The notes: generated by a model not told the origin, from the letters alone. 63,096 bases of DNA, filler included, from Reticulomyxa filosa (GCA_000512085.1; 20 parts of 20 records of this genome joined end to end with filler, not necessarily neighbours in it); one strand, 5' to 3'. Shown: positions 50,740-63,096, counted from the whole stretch's first letter. Made by a program: numbers and translations.

Positions 50740-51016
50740 GTTGGTGAATACTTTTACTGAAAAATTATTTTCATATTGACTTCATCTAGATCAAATAACG
50801 TTGTATGAGTACATTATCATATAAATGATATATATCTTTTTCCAGATGGCAATTTGCTTATTGTGTGGTTTTGAGAATACAGTTTTATTGATGAATAATT
50901 GCTGTAGATGAAAAGAAGAACATTTGAAGGACATTCAGATTTTGTAATAGATAGCAAATTTTCACCAGATTGAAATAATACTTTATCATATCATGTGATG
51001 ATACTATTCGAATATA
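50740..51016 (+). pseudogene. Decayed WD40 gene truncated by repeat insertion
   Basis: RTFEGHSDFVIDSKFSPD*...CDDTIRI remnants run directly into TA|CAGT. Confidence 0.6.
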
Positions 51017-51328
51017 CAGTATGTTGCAAAGAAAACTAAACACCTAAAACATATCTTATGATGATAATTGATTTTCTCCATGAAAAATCAACATTTAGAC
51101 CTAATTGTTTTTTTAAAATATCTAAAAGTCTTGTAGTTTTTAAATATGATATTGATTTTTTAATAAATTTTTTTTGTTGGATGAAATCGACATTCTTTCA
51201 AATGATTTTTGAAAATTCTGCGAGAATGCGTATCATTTGGACTTTTATTAAAATTAAGAAATTTTTAAATCTTTTTGTTTTCATTTTAGGAATCTTCAAG
51301 TCACATAGATACTTTTTAAAAAAGATTA
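51017..51328 (+). mobile_element. TA|CAGT repeat family, longest copy (copy 2)
   Basis: Near-identical to 12525-12713 over about 190 bp; extends to the contig end. Confidence 0.75.
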
Positions 51329-51428
51329 NNNNNNNNNNNNNNNNNNNNNNNNNNNNNNNNNNNNNNNNNNNNTTAATTAATTAANNNNNNNNNNNNNNNN
51401 NNNNNNNNNNNNNNNNNNNNNNNNNNNN

Positions 51429-51577
51429 ACTTATCATAAAACAAATTTCATATTTAAAAACTACAAGATTAGATATTTTAAAAAAAAAAATTAGGTTTAA
51501 ATCTTTATTTCATTGAGAAAATCGATTCTATTCATATAGTGCCATTTAGATATGTCAGTTTTTTTTGCAATATACTG
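51429..51577 (-). mobile_element. TA|CAGT repeat family, diverged inverted copy (copy 3)
   Basis: Reverse complement reads TA|CAGTATATTGCAAAAAAAACTGAC...GATTTTCTCAATGAAA...TCTTGTAGTTTTTAAATATGA. Confidence 0.7.
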
Positions 51578-51773
51578 TATTTGAATAAAATTTTAATTAA
51601 TTATGCTTTTCAAGTCTTTACAAAACATTGAATGCAGATATTTCAATTTTTTGAAATAATAAAGCAAAATAAAACAAATCATTCAACGCTTGCATTCAAT
51701 CACTTTATTTTTCTTTAATCAAACTTTTCAAACAAAAAAAATACTTTCATTTCTTATTTCATAAAACATTAAA

Positions 51774-52527
51774 TTATCCCCAAATATAAATAGGACCTTT
51801 TTCTGAACCATAACACAAATTCAAATTATGTGCGATATTCTTTGTATCCTTTTTTTTTTTCAATCCAATAAGTTTAAGGCTAAGTTATTCCATCATTTTT
51901 GCTATCATCTCCTTTAATTATATACAATTCATTCTTATTTGATCGAATATCCCAAAAACGAATTGTATTATCACATGATCCAGAACATATCACATTCGAA
52001 TTACCAATACTATTCTTTATTACAAATGGTGAATATTCAACAGACCATATATAGCTTGTATGTCCATTGAACACTTGAATTTGTTGACCAGATCGAATAT
52101 CCCACAAACGAACACTTTCATCTCTTGATCCAGATAATATTGTATTTAATAATTCATTTGATCCATATTTTACAGTCATAATAACATCTTTATGTCCTTT
52201 GAATACATTGAATTGTTTTGTTGTTTCAATATCCCATATTCGAATGGTATTATCACTCGATCCAGAACAAATTGTATATCCATTTCCACCAATCACACCA
52301 ATATTATCATTTTTGCTATTTCTTTGTAATGGTGAAATATCAACACAACAAACAGCGTCTTCATGTCCATTAAAAACATGTAATGATTTTGATGTTTCAA
52401 CATCCCATAAACAAATTGTTTTGTCAGCAGATCCAGAACACAAATATCTACCACCATTAAATGGTGAAAATTCAATTCCCTGAACACCATCAGTGTGTCC
52501 ATTGAATATTTGTAATTGCTTATTATG
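51774..52527 (-). pseudogene. WD40 family member, 5'-partial, stop/frameshift in last blade
   Basis: Family blades; premature TAG at 51880, while the homologous ending (IYIWG*) lies at 51774 in another frame. Confidence 0.75.
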
Positions 52528-53767
52528 NNNNNNNNNNNNNNNNNNNNNNNNNNNNNNNNNNNNNNNNNNNNTTAATTAATTAANNNNNNNNNNNNNNNNN
52601 NNNNNNNNNNNNNNNNNNNNNNNNNNNAGATGGCATATTAAATGTTGCAGAAGCACGTCTCGATTGAGATTGAGATTGAGATTGAGATTGAGATTGAGAT
52701 TGTGACCGTACTTCATGTTTCTGCTTTGAGACGGTTTATAACATATGGTATACAAATATACACACATATACATACATATATATATGTTTATATATTTATC
52801 AACAGTGGGCTGCTTTTTTTCGTCATATTCACAAAGTCCACTTTTGTGAGTGGATAACATAGAGGATGGCAGTGATGATGTGAAGGAATGAAAGACTTGC
52901 TCTTGCTCGTTCAACAGTAATGTCCTTTTTTCACTTTGGAAAACATTCTTGTTTGGAGCTACACTTTTGCTTATCGTCGCTTCATTTGCTCTCTGCTCTT
53001 TTTCTTGTCTGACGCCTCATTTACGTCTGATGATCCATCCGCTTCCTCTTTCATGCTTTCCTCGTCTTTGGAAACATCTGTTGAACTCCTTCTATTTGTT
53101 GCAAATTGCTGTGCCAAATACTCTATCGTGTCCTCACTCTTGCTTCCGGTCAGCTGTTGCTGTTCAAGTGGGGATGAGGGGAGGGGAGCGGAAGGAGGTG
53201 TTTTTTATTTTGAAAATGCCCGGAAGACAAATAAATACACTTTCCGAAAACTTTCAGATATCCTCGTGGAGGAGCATCAACTTTTGAGATAGAGGCAGGA
53301 TACGTGTTCATATTTATTTTACAGGCACAATCCAAAAATAAAACGAAAGCCAGAGGGGAAAAAACGCACTTTTTTGTCCTTTCTTAAAGTTTTGGAAATC
53401 TGAAACAAAAATATCTTGCTCGCGTTTTTAATAACAGTTTTTGATTTTTGTGTATGTCAGAAATTGTAACTTTGTTTAGAATAATCTTTCATTGGTACAA
53501 CAAAGATTTTGGTTTTCAAAAAAAATCTTTCGTCATTGCAAACGTAACTTTTTACAAAACAATAAAAAGAAATACAAAAATTATCGTTAAATTGTATTAT
53601 TTCATTGGTAAATTAAAGTTCTCAATCGAGACCAGTATTAACTGACTTTTTGACCTAGACTACAGAACTGTCAACACAACGTTTTTTTTGTCGCTGTCAG
53701 TTCTGGGGTATTTTTTTTTTTAAGAGGAAATAACTCGGTGTAAAATTATTAAAAGAATCTCGGAAAA

Positions 53768-54416
53768 ATGGGTTGCTATTCATCTTCAGAGCGCAGTGGG
53801 GAAGATAAGAAAGTGATGGGAGAAATCGAAGATGCAAGAATAGTAGATCGGGCTGTAAAAAAGTTGTTGTTGCTAGGAGCAGGTGCAAATCAAAAGAAGG
53901 AGGGGGGGGGGGGGGAGAGGAGAGGGGTAGGAATATATATGAGACCTGTCTTTTTTTTTTAAGAAATGTGAACTTTTGATAACATTCATATAAATATTTG
54001 TGACAACAGGGGGGAGTGGTAAATCGACGTTTTTCAAACAATTGGCGAACTTGCACGCAGGCGGTTTTCAAACGCGTGACCGCAAATCGTTTCGTGATCA
54101 AATCTATGAGCAACTAATTGACACGATGAAGCTAATGATAACGAAGTGCGAGGAATTCTTTGACGAGGACGCGACAGCGAACGAGAAATTTGAACTGAGG
54201 CAATCCTCTCAAACGAGTGCCGACATCATATTGGCCACTCGTAACAACTCGCCAATGACAAGCGAATTGGTAAAGCATTTGGATATATTATGGAAAGATC
54301 CAGCAATTAAGCAAGCATTCAAAATTCGAAATCGAATTTGTGTGCCCGATTCGACTGGGTTTTTTTTGGACAAGTTGTCCATCATTACACAAGATGAATA
54401 CGTCCCAAGTGACGAG
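53768..54416 (+). CDS. Heterotrimeric G-protein alpha subunit, 3'-partial; intron 53883-54009
   Basis: MGC N-terminus; KLLLLGAGGSGKSTFFKQL; LWKDPAIK; PDSTGFFLDKL..YVPSDE. Confidence 0.93.
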
Positions 54417-54444
54417 GTAAGAAAGATAAATAAATTTAAAAAAA

Positions 54445-54482
<38 letters not shown>

Positions 54483-54582
54483 NNNNNNNNNNNNNNNNNN
54501 NNNNNNNNNNNNNNNNNNNNNNNNNNTTAATTAATTAANNNNNNNNNNNNNNNNNNNNNNNNNNNNNNNNNNNNNNNNNNNN

Positions 54583-54660
54583 ATCAATCCATCCTAATCT
54601 TATCTTTAAAATTCGAATCCAATGTTTAATAACAAATTTTATTTCATTTTTTGGCTGTTA
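54583..54660 (-). CDS. Conserved N-terminal exon of the expanded repeat-protein family (gene truncated by contig end)
   Basis: KNEIKFVIKHWIRILKIRLGWID, homologous to exons at about 2740-2830 and about 33195-33307. Confidence 0.6.
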
Positions 54661-54998
54661 ATTGTTTTTCAATTAGTTTTGTACAATAAATTCATTTATG
54701 TGTTTAATTACACAAAAGAATCTTACCAAATGGGGAAGATCTATCAATTCGCTCACTTTTATTTTCGTATGTGTTGATACAACAGTGTCAGTTTTTTCTG
54801 TAAATGGCACATAATTTAATATATTTCACTTGTTAATTTTTCTTTCAAAATTTTTATTTGTCGTTTGGCAATATCACGTCCTTATCGTCATTATCATTTA
54901 AAAAGCGAACACCATTCCAAAAACTTCACTTACGTTTGAATTTTTTTTTTGAATTAAAAACACTTACGAGAAAATATCCTCGTAAAGGACTAATTGCC

Positions 54999-55835
54999 AT
55001 GGCAAAGCTGACTAAAATACAAGAGCGAAATAATGTGGATATCCTCTCTCCAATTTCCCGAGTTTTATCCTCGCCAGATTACTTTGATATTTTACAGCTT
55101 CCCCCTCCGGTACTGGACGGCTTAGATCGTCCGGTGTGGAATGTAGCGACCGAAGAAATAAAAAAACAATATTTCAAAATATCTCGCATGGTTCACCCAG
55201 ATAAAAACCCTCAAAAACACATTCAAGCCGCAGACGCATTTGATAAAGTGTTTAAAGCGTTCACAAACCTGAGTGAAATGAGCACGCGTGAGGAAATCAT
55301 ACAAGAATATGGACAAACGTTAGTAAGACAGTTGAAAGCGCGAGAAAGCGAGGGCTTGGATATTTTGAGTTTATCCAAGAGCAGCAATTCTTCTACTGAC
55401 AGAACACAAGATAAGATAAATTCGTCCACATTAATAACAAATGGTGACAAGGATAAGAGTAGTGATAGAAAAGACAGTAATAAAAAAAGGGACCATACTG
55501 AAATGGAACAAAGTGATAAAATTGAGGAAACACACAATATATTGAAACATTTAAATAAAAGACGCAAAATGCGAGAGGAGTTAAAGCAAAGTGAAGCACA
55601 AAGTTTTGAAAAAGAAATTTTGGAAGAGGTCAACAATCGCAGGATGGATGCAATTATGAAAAATGTAAGGAGAAAGCAAATCGAGCAAAAACAACAAACC
55701 GAAGTCAAATGTGACACTCTCCAACACGATTTGAATAATGAACATGACAGCGATGACAATTTTGAGACCAAATTGAATCGACTCAAAGCAAAGCAAAATT
55801 CTAAGAAAAGGAGATGTTCCCGTACTGGTCTATAA
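54999..55835 (+). CDS. J-domain (DnaJ type C, DNAJC8-like) protein
   Basis: DYFDILQL...EEIKKQYFKISRMVHPDKNP...AFDKV with HPD motif; charged C-terminus. Confidence 0.88.
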   Translation: MAKLTKIQERNNVDILSPISRVLSSPDYFDILQLPPPVLDGLDRPVWNVATEEIKKQYFKISRMVHPDKNPQKHIQAADAFDKVFKAFTNLSEMSTREEIIQEYGQTLVRQLKARESEGLDILSLSKSSNSSTDRTQDKINSSTLITNGDKDKSSDRKDSNKKRDHTEMEQSDKIEETHNILKHLNKRRKMREELKQSEAQSFEKEILEEVNNRRMDAIMKNVRRKQIEQKQQTEVKCDTLQHDLNNEHDSDDNFETKLNRLKAKQNSKKRRCSRTGL

Positions 55836-56351
55836 GTGCATAGCAATGATAATATGACAGCATGCTCCTTTCCCTTCTCTCTCGTCTCTTTTCTCTCGTT
55901 AAATTTTTGTGAAATGGCTGCATCGTCGTCCATTAACATCAACTCAATGTGTTGAACCCATTATTTACAATTTTCACTTAACAAAATATAGATTATTTCT
56001 TATTTTCTGATTCTTGCCAATTTTTTTTAAGTTTAACTAATAAAATTCTGTGCAACAATCGAAAATTTCAAAAATAAACTCTGTTTGCTCTTGAGCAGTG
56101 AACATATATTTATTTTATCAACAAAATTTCTTTCAATCATACTTGTATTACTGTTCAATCGTTTGGATTTTACACAGAACATTTGTGATTGATCACATCA
56201 CAACAAAATTATAGTGCTCAAATTGACTTGCAAATACTACAAAAATTTTAAAATGAGGAAATGTGTCGGAAAATGAGAAGATAAATATTGTAAGAAAAAG
56301 CACATTTTGAAACTATTGAAAGTAAAAGAAGAAGCAAAAATAGCAACAGTA

Positions 56352-57326
56352 TTACAAGACCAACCCATTGGGAAGTTTGGCATTCAAAATCAAAGTGGAC
56401 ATGTTATCTGAAAACTGTTGAGACAATTGTATTTCTTCAGCAGTAACGCCGTAAAAGGGCTTTTCATTTCGAATGGTTTGCAAGCGACCCAGAATTTCGC
56501 TGTTTGCGTCTAAATAGCATTGCATATCAATAAAATCAAATTCGACATCATCAGCGGTCGATGATGTGTCATTAGTTTCCTCTTTTTTGATTTTTTGATC
56601 GTCGTTTGTGTCATCAACTTTGTGCTCGGTTTGTTGTGTCGCACTTTGTGTGGACCCACGCAACTCACGCATGCATTGTTGTTTTTTTGCGGTTTTATTA
56701 TAATAATGCGTCGCCACATTTTTGGCCACCAAAGTGTCCATCAATCGCTTCACAAGCACTGCCGACTTTTCACTGTGCTTCAAATCATGGATCAGTGCGT
56801 TTTCCATCGCCGCAAACTCTTGAATGACATCTGTTGTCGTCATAAAGTGTTTGGTTCTTGCCACTCGTGTGTTTTTGATTTCGTCCAAACATTTTTTCAG
56901 TTTTCTTAAATTATTCAAATCTTCCAACACTTCCGGAGATTGCGTAACTGACACTGTACTCCCACTTGCTGTGATTTTCCCTTCACTCGTTGCTGGCCCT
57001 GTTTGTGACGATGTTGCTTGCTGTTGCTGTTGTTGCTGCTGTTGGATTGCGCTGATCGGCTCATTCGTTCGCAATGGCTGATATAACATTTGTCGCGACT
57101 GAGCGGATACCGCACGATGTTTGTCCAAGTGCTCTTGCAGTTCGCTTTCACCGTCGTATATTGCGTCACATGCGGAACACAAGAAATAGGGCATGAGAAC
57201 ATCTCGATTGCTGTTGCCAGTTTTGGCTTCCTCGTTTGCTCCTGGTGGGAGAGTTGGGACATTGGGAATTTCATTACGTTGCAGTTCACTAAAGCTCTGC
57301 TTCTTTGGGTTTGCATTTGATGCCAT
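56352..57326 (-). CDS. C2H2 zinc-finger protein with polyQ
   Basis: FLCSACDAIYDGESELQEHLDKH; intronless; ATG at 57326. Confidence 0.75.
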   Translation of the reverse strand: MASNANPKKQSFSELQRNEIPNVPTLPPGANEEAKTGNSNRDVLMPYFLCSACDAIYDGESELQEHLDKHRAVSAQSRQMLYQPLRTNEPISAIQQQQQQQQQATSSQTGPATSEGKITASGSTVSVTQSPEVLEDLNNLRKLKKCLDEIKNTRVARTKHFMTTTDVIQEFAAMENALIHDLKHSEKSAVLVKRLMDTLVAKNVATHYYNKTAKKQQCMRELRGSTQSATQQTEHKVDDTNDDQKIKKEETNDTSSTADDVEFDFIDMQCYLDANSEILGRLQTIRNEKPFYGVTAEEIQLSQQFSDNMSTLILNAKLPNGLVL

Positions 57327-57636
57327 TTTTCTTTTTATGGTATGATGATGCAAACAATCGAAAAGGGATGGAAACAAGTTCAAAATAACTTTTGAAAATT
57401 AGAAGTCCCCTTTATTACTGGCCGCGGCAAGAATTCAAAAGTTTTGTTTTGAAAAGAGTTTTGTTTTCTAGTAATGTTAAATAACGTGTTTGAACATGTC
57501 CATTTTTTAAAAAATAGAATTGACAAAGACCCACACTATGTAACAAACAAAAAGTTTCGAATGTTCTCTTTTTTTTTAAATTAAGAAAAATGAGTATGAG
57601 TGACCGGCATAATAATGATTGATCAATTGGACGCGA

Positions 57637-58341
57637 CTAATCTTCATACATTTCATCAAACAAATTCTGCTCTTCCATTGTAGGTTCGACCGATCCCACT
57701 TCGGTCGCAAGAGGCTTTGTTATTTCAGGATCCTTTGAATGCAAAAGAGCTTCTTCATATTCTATTTCAGGATCAACTATGTTCGTTTCGACCTCAGCCC
57801 TTCCTTTATTATCATTTTCTTTGTCCATTTCAACATTGATTTCTTCTTTGTATACAATGTCGTCAATATTTGTCTCCATGCCATCTCTCTCGTTTCTAAG
57901 CTTTCCAAGCTCTCCCTAGAAATTTTTTGCAAACTTTCTTTTTTTTTATAACCGAAAAAAAAAAAATAGTTGAACTTGGACAATATGACTACCACTGAAA
58001 GATTCAATTTTGGAGATTAAATCAGAAAATTTAAGTGGATACAAACTGGACCCCCATTCCTTATATTTTTGCAATAATAAGTGCAAATTCTGTAACTCTT
58101 TGCCTTTTTCTTTGCTAAATTTCACCTTAGGAAATTCTGAATAAATCAGTTTAAGACCTTTGTTACTTGCAAGATAATCTGCTGTAAATCGAGGCTTCTG
58201 TTGTCGTGTTTTCACCACTTCAGCCTTTGCTGTGCTTCCTGTTCCAGAATTGCCTTTATTCGAATCCAAAATCTCATCAAAGGAGTGTGCACCAAATCTG
58301 GCATTGTTTGGCCACAATAAAGCACTTGCTTGACTTGACAT
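57637..58341 (-). CDS. TIPIN: Replication fork protection Swi3/Csm3/TIPIN homolog; intron 57975-57916
   Basis: RFTADYLASNKGL...KFSKEKGKELQNLHLLLQKYKEWGSSLYPLKFSDLISKIE matches the Swi3 domain; acidic tail. Confidence 0.85.
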
Positions 58342-58531
58342 TTGAAACGGATTTTATATAATATTTTCACGCAGAGAGAACTTTTCGGAGAAACACGTGT
58401 TTCAGCTCCAAAAAATGCGTTTGTAGTTTATAACGACAAAAAAGCAATTTTGTTCGTCACTAGTTTTTGTTCAGTCGAACAAGCAAAAGAACCTCCTGGG
58501 GGGGGGGGGTTTTCATAGGTAAAAAAAGACT

Positions 58532-59387
58532 ATGACACATCAAGAAAACCCAGCAACGGTTTGTCTCTCTTCGGTGATACTCTTAATTTTATTGCATGAC
58601 AAAAACTATAAAAAACGCAGACGGAAACCCAACGAAAGTTAGTGAGTGTATGGAACAGTGGACAAAAGGAGGAATTTAAGAAGCAAGTAGTTGACCTTGT
58701 GATCAAGGTAAGAAACGTGTACTTCCAAAGTAAGTGATAGTGAGAAAAGAAAAGCAAAAAGTGAATTACGCGTGACAATGAAATATAAAAAAGAATATGC
58801 ATAAACTTTTTAAATAGCACAAGAGTTACTTTAAATTGACGGAGTTGTACAGTAGCACGTCGAAACAGCAAATAACTCGCAAAGAGTGGGTGCATTACTT
58901 TAGCTTTTGTTTCGAAGAGCAATTGAGTAACGCACTATTTTCGTCGATTGCAGGAGACAACGATAGTTGTTCTGTTGTAAGCATACATGTATATTTTCAC
59001 GGGAAGCGTTCGACTGTGAAACAAAAAATTATCAAGGTTTGTTTCATTCATTTCATACACATTGAGGAGTACATACATATACATGTATATGTATACGTAT
59101 ATGTATACGTATTTATTTTAATTGATTTAGGATGCAGCATGGTTGTGGAATCGATTGCATCACTTGGACTTGAAAGACTTGGATAAGGACGGAAGCTTGA
59201 AAATTGAAAAGTCGGAGCTGCGCAACTATTTCAAGGACGAAATAGACGAGGCGATTGTCGACATAATCTTTGATAGCATTGACAGAGACGGCAGTGGCGC
59301 AATCACTCCAATGGAATTTTTTGTGTGGCGTACGAATTCCAAACTTGCGTCGATTGAAACTATTTTGGTTATTTTGTTTTATTTTTT

Positions 59388-59434
<47 letters not shown>

Positions 59435-59854
59435 TAAATTACACGGATAAACTTTGTGAACAGCGTGATGCACATAAGAACTTGAAAAATCCGGAAGATT
59501 ACGGACTCACTCCACAACCAGAGCCATTGATCGACCCCGTTCAACCCCCGCGCGACGACGTGGGTGTGGACGCGTTGTCGCTAGTGTTGGTACCTCCGGA
59601 TGCAATTGTCGATGTCCAAGCCGTGACCAAACCACCGACGCACTTCCAAGCAAAGATACAATCCAATGAGCACGTGGAAATGCAGTCCATTGCTGTTATC
59701 GTGGAGTCAACAAACCAAGTCGGTGACAACGTGAAACAAGTCGAGACAAACACATTTGATGGAAACGCAGAACAGGATATCAAAGAAACGATGAAAAGCG
59801 AGACGAAAGAGGAAAAAGAGACACGAATACGACGACTTCATCGATGGTTGTGTT
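58532..59854 (+). CDS. Multi-exon EF-hand protein, 3'-partial
   Basis: DLDKDGSLKIEKSE and canonical DRDGSGAITPME loops; GT-AG introns including the (AAT)n intron 59368-59463. Confidence 0.75.
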
Positions 59855-59954
59855 NNNNNNNNNNNNNNNNNNNNNNNNNNNNNNNNNNNNNNNNNNNNTT
59901 AATTAATTAANNNNNNNNNNNNNNNNNNNNNNNNNNNNNNNNNNNNNNNNNNNN

Positions 59955-61562
59955 CTCCTCTCCTCTCTTGTCTCCTAACGTCACTGCCAACCACGGTTTG
60001 CTCTTGCCCACACCCTGCCCCACCACGGCGCCGCTGGCCCCTTTTCGTCGACCCTCCTCCTTCTCCTCCTCCTCTTCCTGTCCAGACCCAGTGCTGTCCT
60101 TGTCTTTGTCATCGTCCTCTCCAATGCCTCCACCCGATCGCACTCGCAAGAACGAACACGACCGACGCTGTCGCTCACTCCGCTGCAGCTCGACGCACAC
60201 ACATCCACTCACGTGTGGACTGACGTTGATGCCCATTGCGACTTCAACAACGTGCACTTCCTTGTGCCGCATGCGCAGGCGTCCAAAGATGTCCCCATGT
60301 CACCTTTGTGTGTTGGACAACACATATCTGGTTAATTTATTATTATTATTATTATTATTATTATATTAATAAAAAAAAGAAATTAACCAGCTTTCAAAAC
60401 AAACTTTTTTTTTTAAAAAAAAAAAATAAATAAATAAATAAATAAAATATATAAAAAATGAATTGAAAAGAAATGCACTCTTCGCCACAATCCGACTTGC
60501 CACGTGAAGTGCTGAACGCAGCACTGGGGTCGCCCACTGCTGATATCGCCGGCACTCAAACAAATGCTTTTACGTCGGGGCTCAACGCAGCCTCACTTGA
60601 CACATGTTTTGTAAGGGAAAAAGGAAAAAGGGAAGACAGATAAACATACATATACACATATATACATTAATATATATATATATACATATATGTATATATA
60701 TATATATATTAATGTATATATGTGTATATATATGTTTATCTGTCTCATACATGAAATGAAACAATATATTTTCAGTGGACAAAGCAGACGAGGGTTCGCT
60801 TTTTTGGAACCACTCACTCAATCAATATACAACATTTGTTCGTTTGCTTGTTTGTTTGGTGTAAAAAATTAGGGACAGATGAATCGCATTCACCTTTGTC
60901 AAACGGCGCGTCGCCATGGGATTACACGACACTGACGATGTCGCCGACGACGGAGGCGAGAGCCAATGAGTCCACAGGTGTGGAGGTGGCATCGCCGATG
61001 TCGCAGACGCAAACCAATGCCACAAGCACTGGCGCGACGGCAAAGCAAAGCGCCACGTCAAACTCTGCTTTTCTGGTTTCATCGTTAGATCCGAACGGCG
61101 CAACCACAAGAAGTCATCAAGCCAACAGTGATGGCTTTTCTTGTCCACTTCCTTGCTCAGCCGCCGTCGCGTTTCTGTCCAAGTCCTTCGATTCCATCAA
61201 CGTCGCTGACGAAATGGAGTTTGAGTTGAATTCGCCTGAGATCGCTTATGACTTCCAAGTTATGTCATGTTAGACAAAGCTATTTCCTTTTTTTTTTTTT
61301 AAAAAAAAAAAGAGAGAGAGAAAATGATGGAGGGGGGGTATCTTTGGTTCAGGACAAGACATGTGAGTCAATGACAAACTTGCATGAAAGTGATATATCC
61401 AACAAAAACGGACCTGTCCGCTCGTGTTCTCAATCGCCAATGGCAAACGTGCAGAGAGAAGGAAGATCAACCAATGAGTCGTCCAATGCATCCATGCCCG
61501 AAGGGCCGTTCCCATCGACCGACTCAATCAGCCTCCATGACAAACAGGATGTGCGTGCTTGA
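59955..61562 (+). CDS. Multi-exon S/T/P-rich hypothetical protein, partial
   Basis: GC-richer blocks bounded by AG/GT and separated by AT-microsatellite introns; no domain recognised. Confidence 0.45.
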
Positions 61563-61727
61563 ATGTACTCGATCATTATATACATATATGTATATACATA
61601 TATACATACATATATATATATATATATNNNNNNNNNNNNNNNNNNNNNNNNNNNNNNNNNNNNNNNNNNNNTTAATTAATTAANNNNNNNNNNNNNNNNN
61701 NNNNNNNNNNNNNNNNNNNNNNNNNNN

Positions 61728-62291
61728 GTATTTTACATTTTCATCCTTCTATGAGAAGATCAGGTGTAATACTTAGTTGTGATGTATCATGGATATCTCC
61801 ATTCAAACATGAACGTGAAATTTTGTTTGCAAGATCTAAAATAACTTCTGTTTATGATGAGAAAACACACAAAGAACAATATGCATGGAATGCAAAAGTA
61901 GAGAGTGAAGATGAATATACACAAATGATATTATTGACATGGACAAGATATGACCAGTATATCCAGCAAATTATGCAATAAGTGAAATGTGGAATCATTC
62001 TATTGATTTCAATATTATTTATATTGCAATCAAATATTATTGTAAAGGAGACATCAATCAAACATTTAACTTATTGTTTGAATTTGAACAATGGAAACTT
62101 CGATATGACTATAAACAAAATTACAAAGAAACAATGAATGAGTTTTTAGAAGGACGTTGTGCAATCACGATGTCAATTTATTTTGTACTTTTGTTTCTGA
62201 AAAAGATAAATTATCAACAGCAATTGATATTGCAAAAATAAATATTGTTTACAACGGTTTGCCATTTGTTAAAAAGGATAAAACGCGCTGA
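61728..62291 (+). pseudogene. ADP-ribosyltransferase-like (ExE motif) gene 3' part with two apparent 1-nt deletions
   Basis: ILHFHPS...CDVSWISPFKHEREILF resembles the R-S-E ART DIS-x-x-S-x-F-x-x-ExE(V/I)L motif; frame restored at about 61978 and about 62160. Confidence 0.6.
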
Positions 62292-63025
62292 TAAAAACAA
62301 AAGTTTTTAAATTTGTAAGTAAAAAAAATGATTAATTATTCTGTCATCAATCATAAAAAAAAACTAGTGCTTAGTAACTGCTGACCCATTCATATTTTTG
62401 TGTTTAGAACAGTGTAGTTTAAATAGATTGTTTGCGACAAAAAAGGTCCCACTGTTGTTGTTTGGTTGTATTTCAACATTAAATAATGCAAATAATTTTC
62501 AATTGAAAAATAAAATATATTCTAATGTAAATCAACTTACTCACAATAATAACTACGACTTTGTATTGTTATATTTAAAATTGTTTAGACTTCATTTCCA
62601 TAACTAGCAATACACAACTTCTTTTAATTTTATTTTTTTCCATACATTTGCAATAAACGACACTTGTTATTTATGAAATGCTGAAAGTGAAGCACATATT
62701 CATGCAACACGATTGAAGCTTGCAACGCTAGTAGACTTTTCAAAGGTATTTAGCTCGTTTCTACCAAGCGTGCAATAACTTATTCCGATCAGAAGTCCAC
62801 TTTTAATATGCGTGATACTCGCAATTGTGTTAGCAGACACAATAAAATAATCACTGACAGTACTGTCGGCGGTATATCACTCTGCATACTGCAACAACAC
62901 TACATTGGATCATTACTTCTACAGTAGAATGCAAAGTAAAGTTGACATCTAAAATAACACCTTATATAGATGATGATTTTCTGCATGAAAAAACAATATT
63001 CAGACATAAGTTTTTTTTAAAAATA

Positions 63026-63096
63026 CAGTAAGTTGCAAAGAAAACTGAACGCATAAAACGATATCATATGATGATAATTGATTTTTCATGGAGAAA
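63026..63096 (+). mobile_element. TA|CAGT repeat family terminus (copy 4)
   Basis: TA|CAGTAAGTTGCAAAGAAAACTGAACGCATAAAAC..ATGATGATAATTGATTTT at the window end. Confidence 0.75.

Noticed and set aside
51017-51577. Inverted repeat copies on both sides of the spacer as one intact TIR element
   Set aside because: They lie on different contigs joined artificially and are diverged; linkage cannot be claimed
52628-53335. Minus-strand acidic coding-like fragments upstream of G-alpha
   Set aside because: Could not build a consistent frame or exon model
124-54416. G-protein genes forming a physical cluster
   Set aside because: All except the 22254-26080 pair are on separate contigs
59368-59463. Poly-isoleucine transmembrane segment
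   Set aside because: (AAT)n microsatellite inside a probable 96-nt in-frame intron
2308-61727. Regularly recurring TTAATTAATTAA flanked by Ns as a CRISPR-like or biological repeat
   Set aside because: Identical 100-bp synthetic six-frame-stop spacer used to concatenate contigs

Overview
Eukaryotic, AT-rich, intron-containing DNA made of 20 unrelated short contigs joined by 19 identical artificial 100-bp spacers (N44-TTAATTAATTAA-N44), so adjacency across a spacer means nothing. The expanded 'IGVIGGNGYTICSGS' WD40 family and the microsatellite-filled introns suggest a foraminiferan such as Reticulomyxa filosa (inference from recall, not a search). G-protein signalling genes are prominent: two paralogous 7TM-RGS genes, two orphan 7TM GPCR-like genes (one head-to-head with a 7TM-RGS), a G-alpha with a variant P-loop and a G-beta pseudogene. 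There are also several members of one expanded WD40 family with hypervariable blade positions. Other genes include an aldo-keto reductase, AP-4 mu, PAP2, R3H, DnaJ, Swi3/TIPIN, C2H2, CAP-Gly and EF-hand proteins, a secreted Cys-rich protein, an MPG/AAG-glycosylase-like protein, a frameshifted ADP-ribosyltransferase-like gene and a >1,700-aa AbpF-like protein. A TA|CAGT-terminated repeat family occurs at five contig ends, and decayed hAT/MULE-like remnants are possible. Many introns have GTT donors, A-tract acceptors and complementary T/A or GT/CA tracts.
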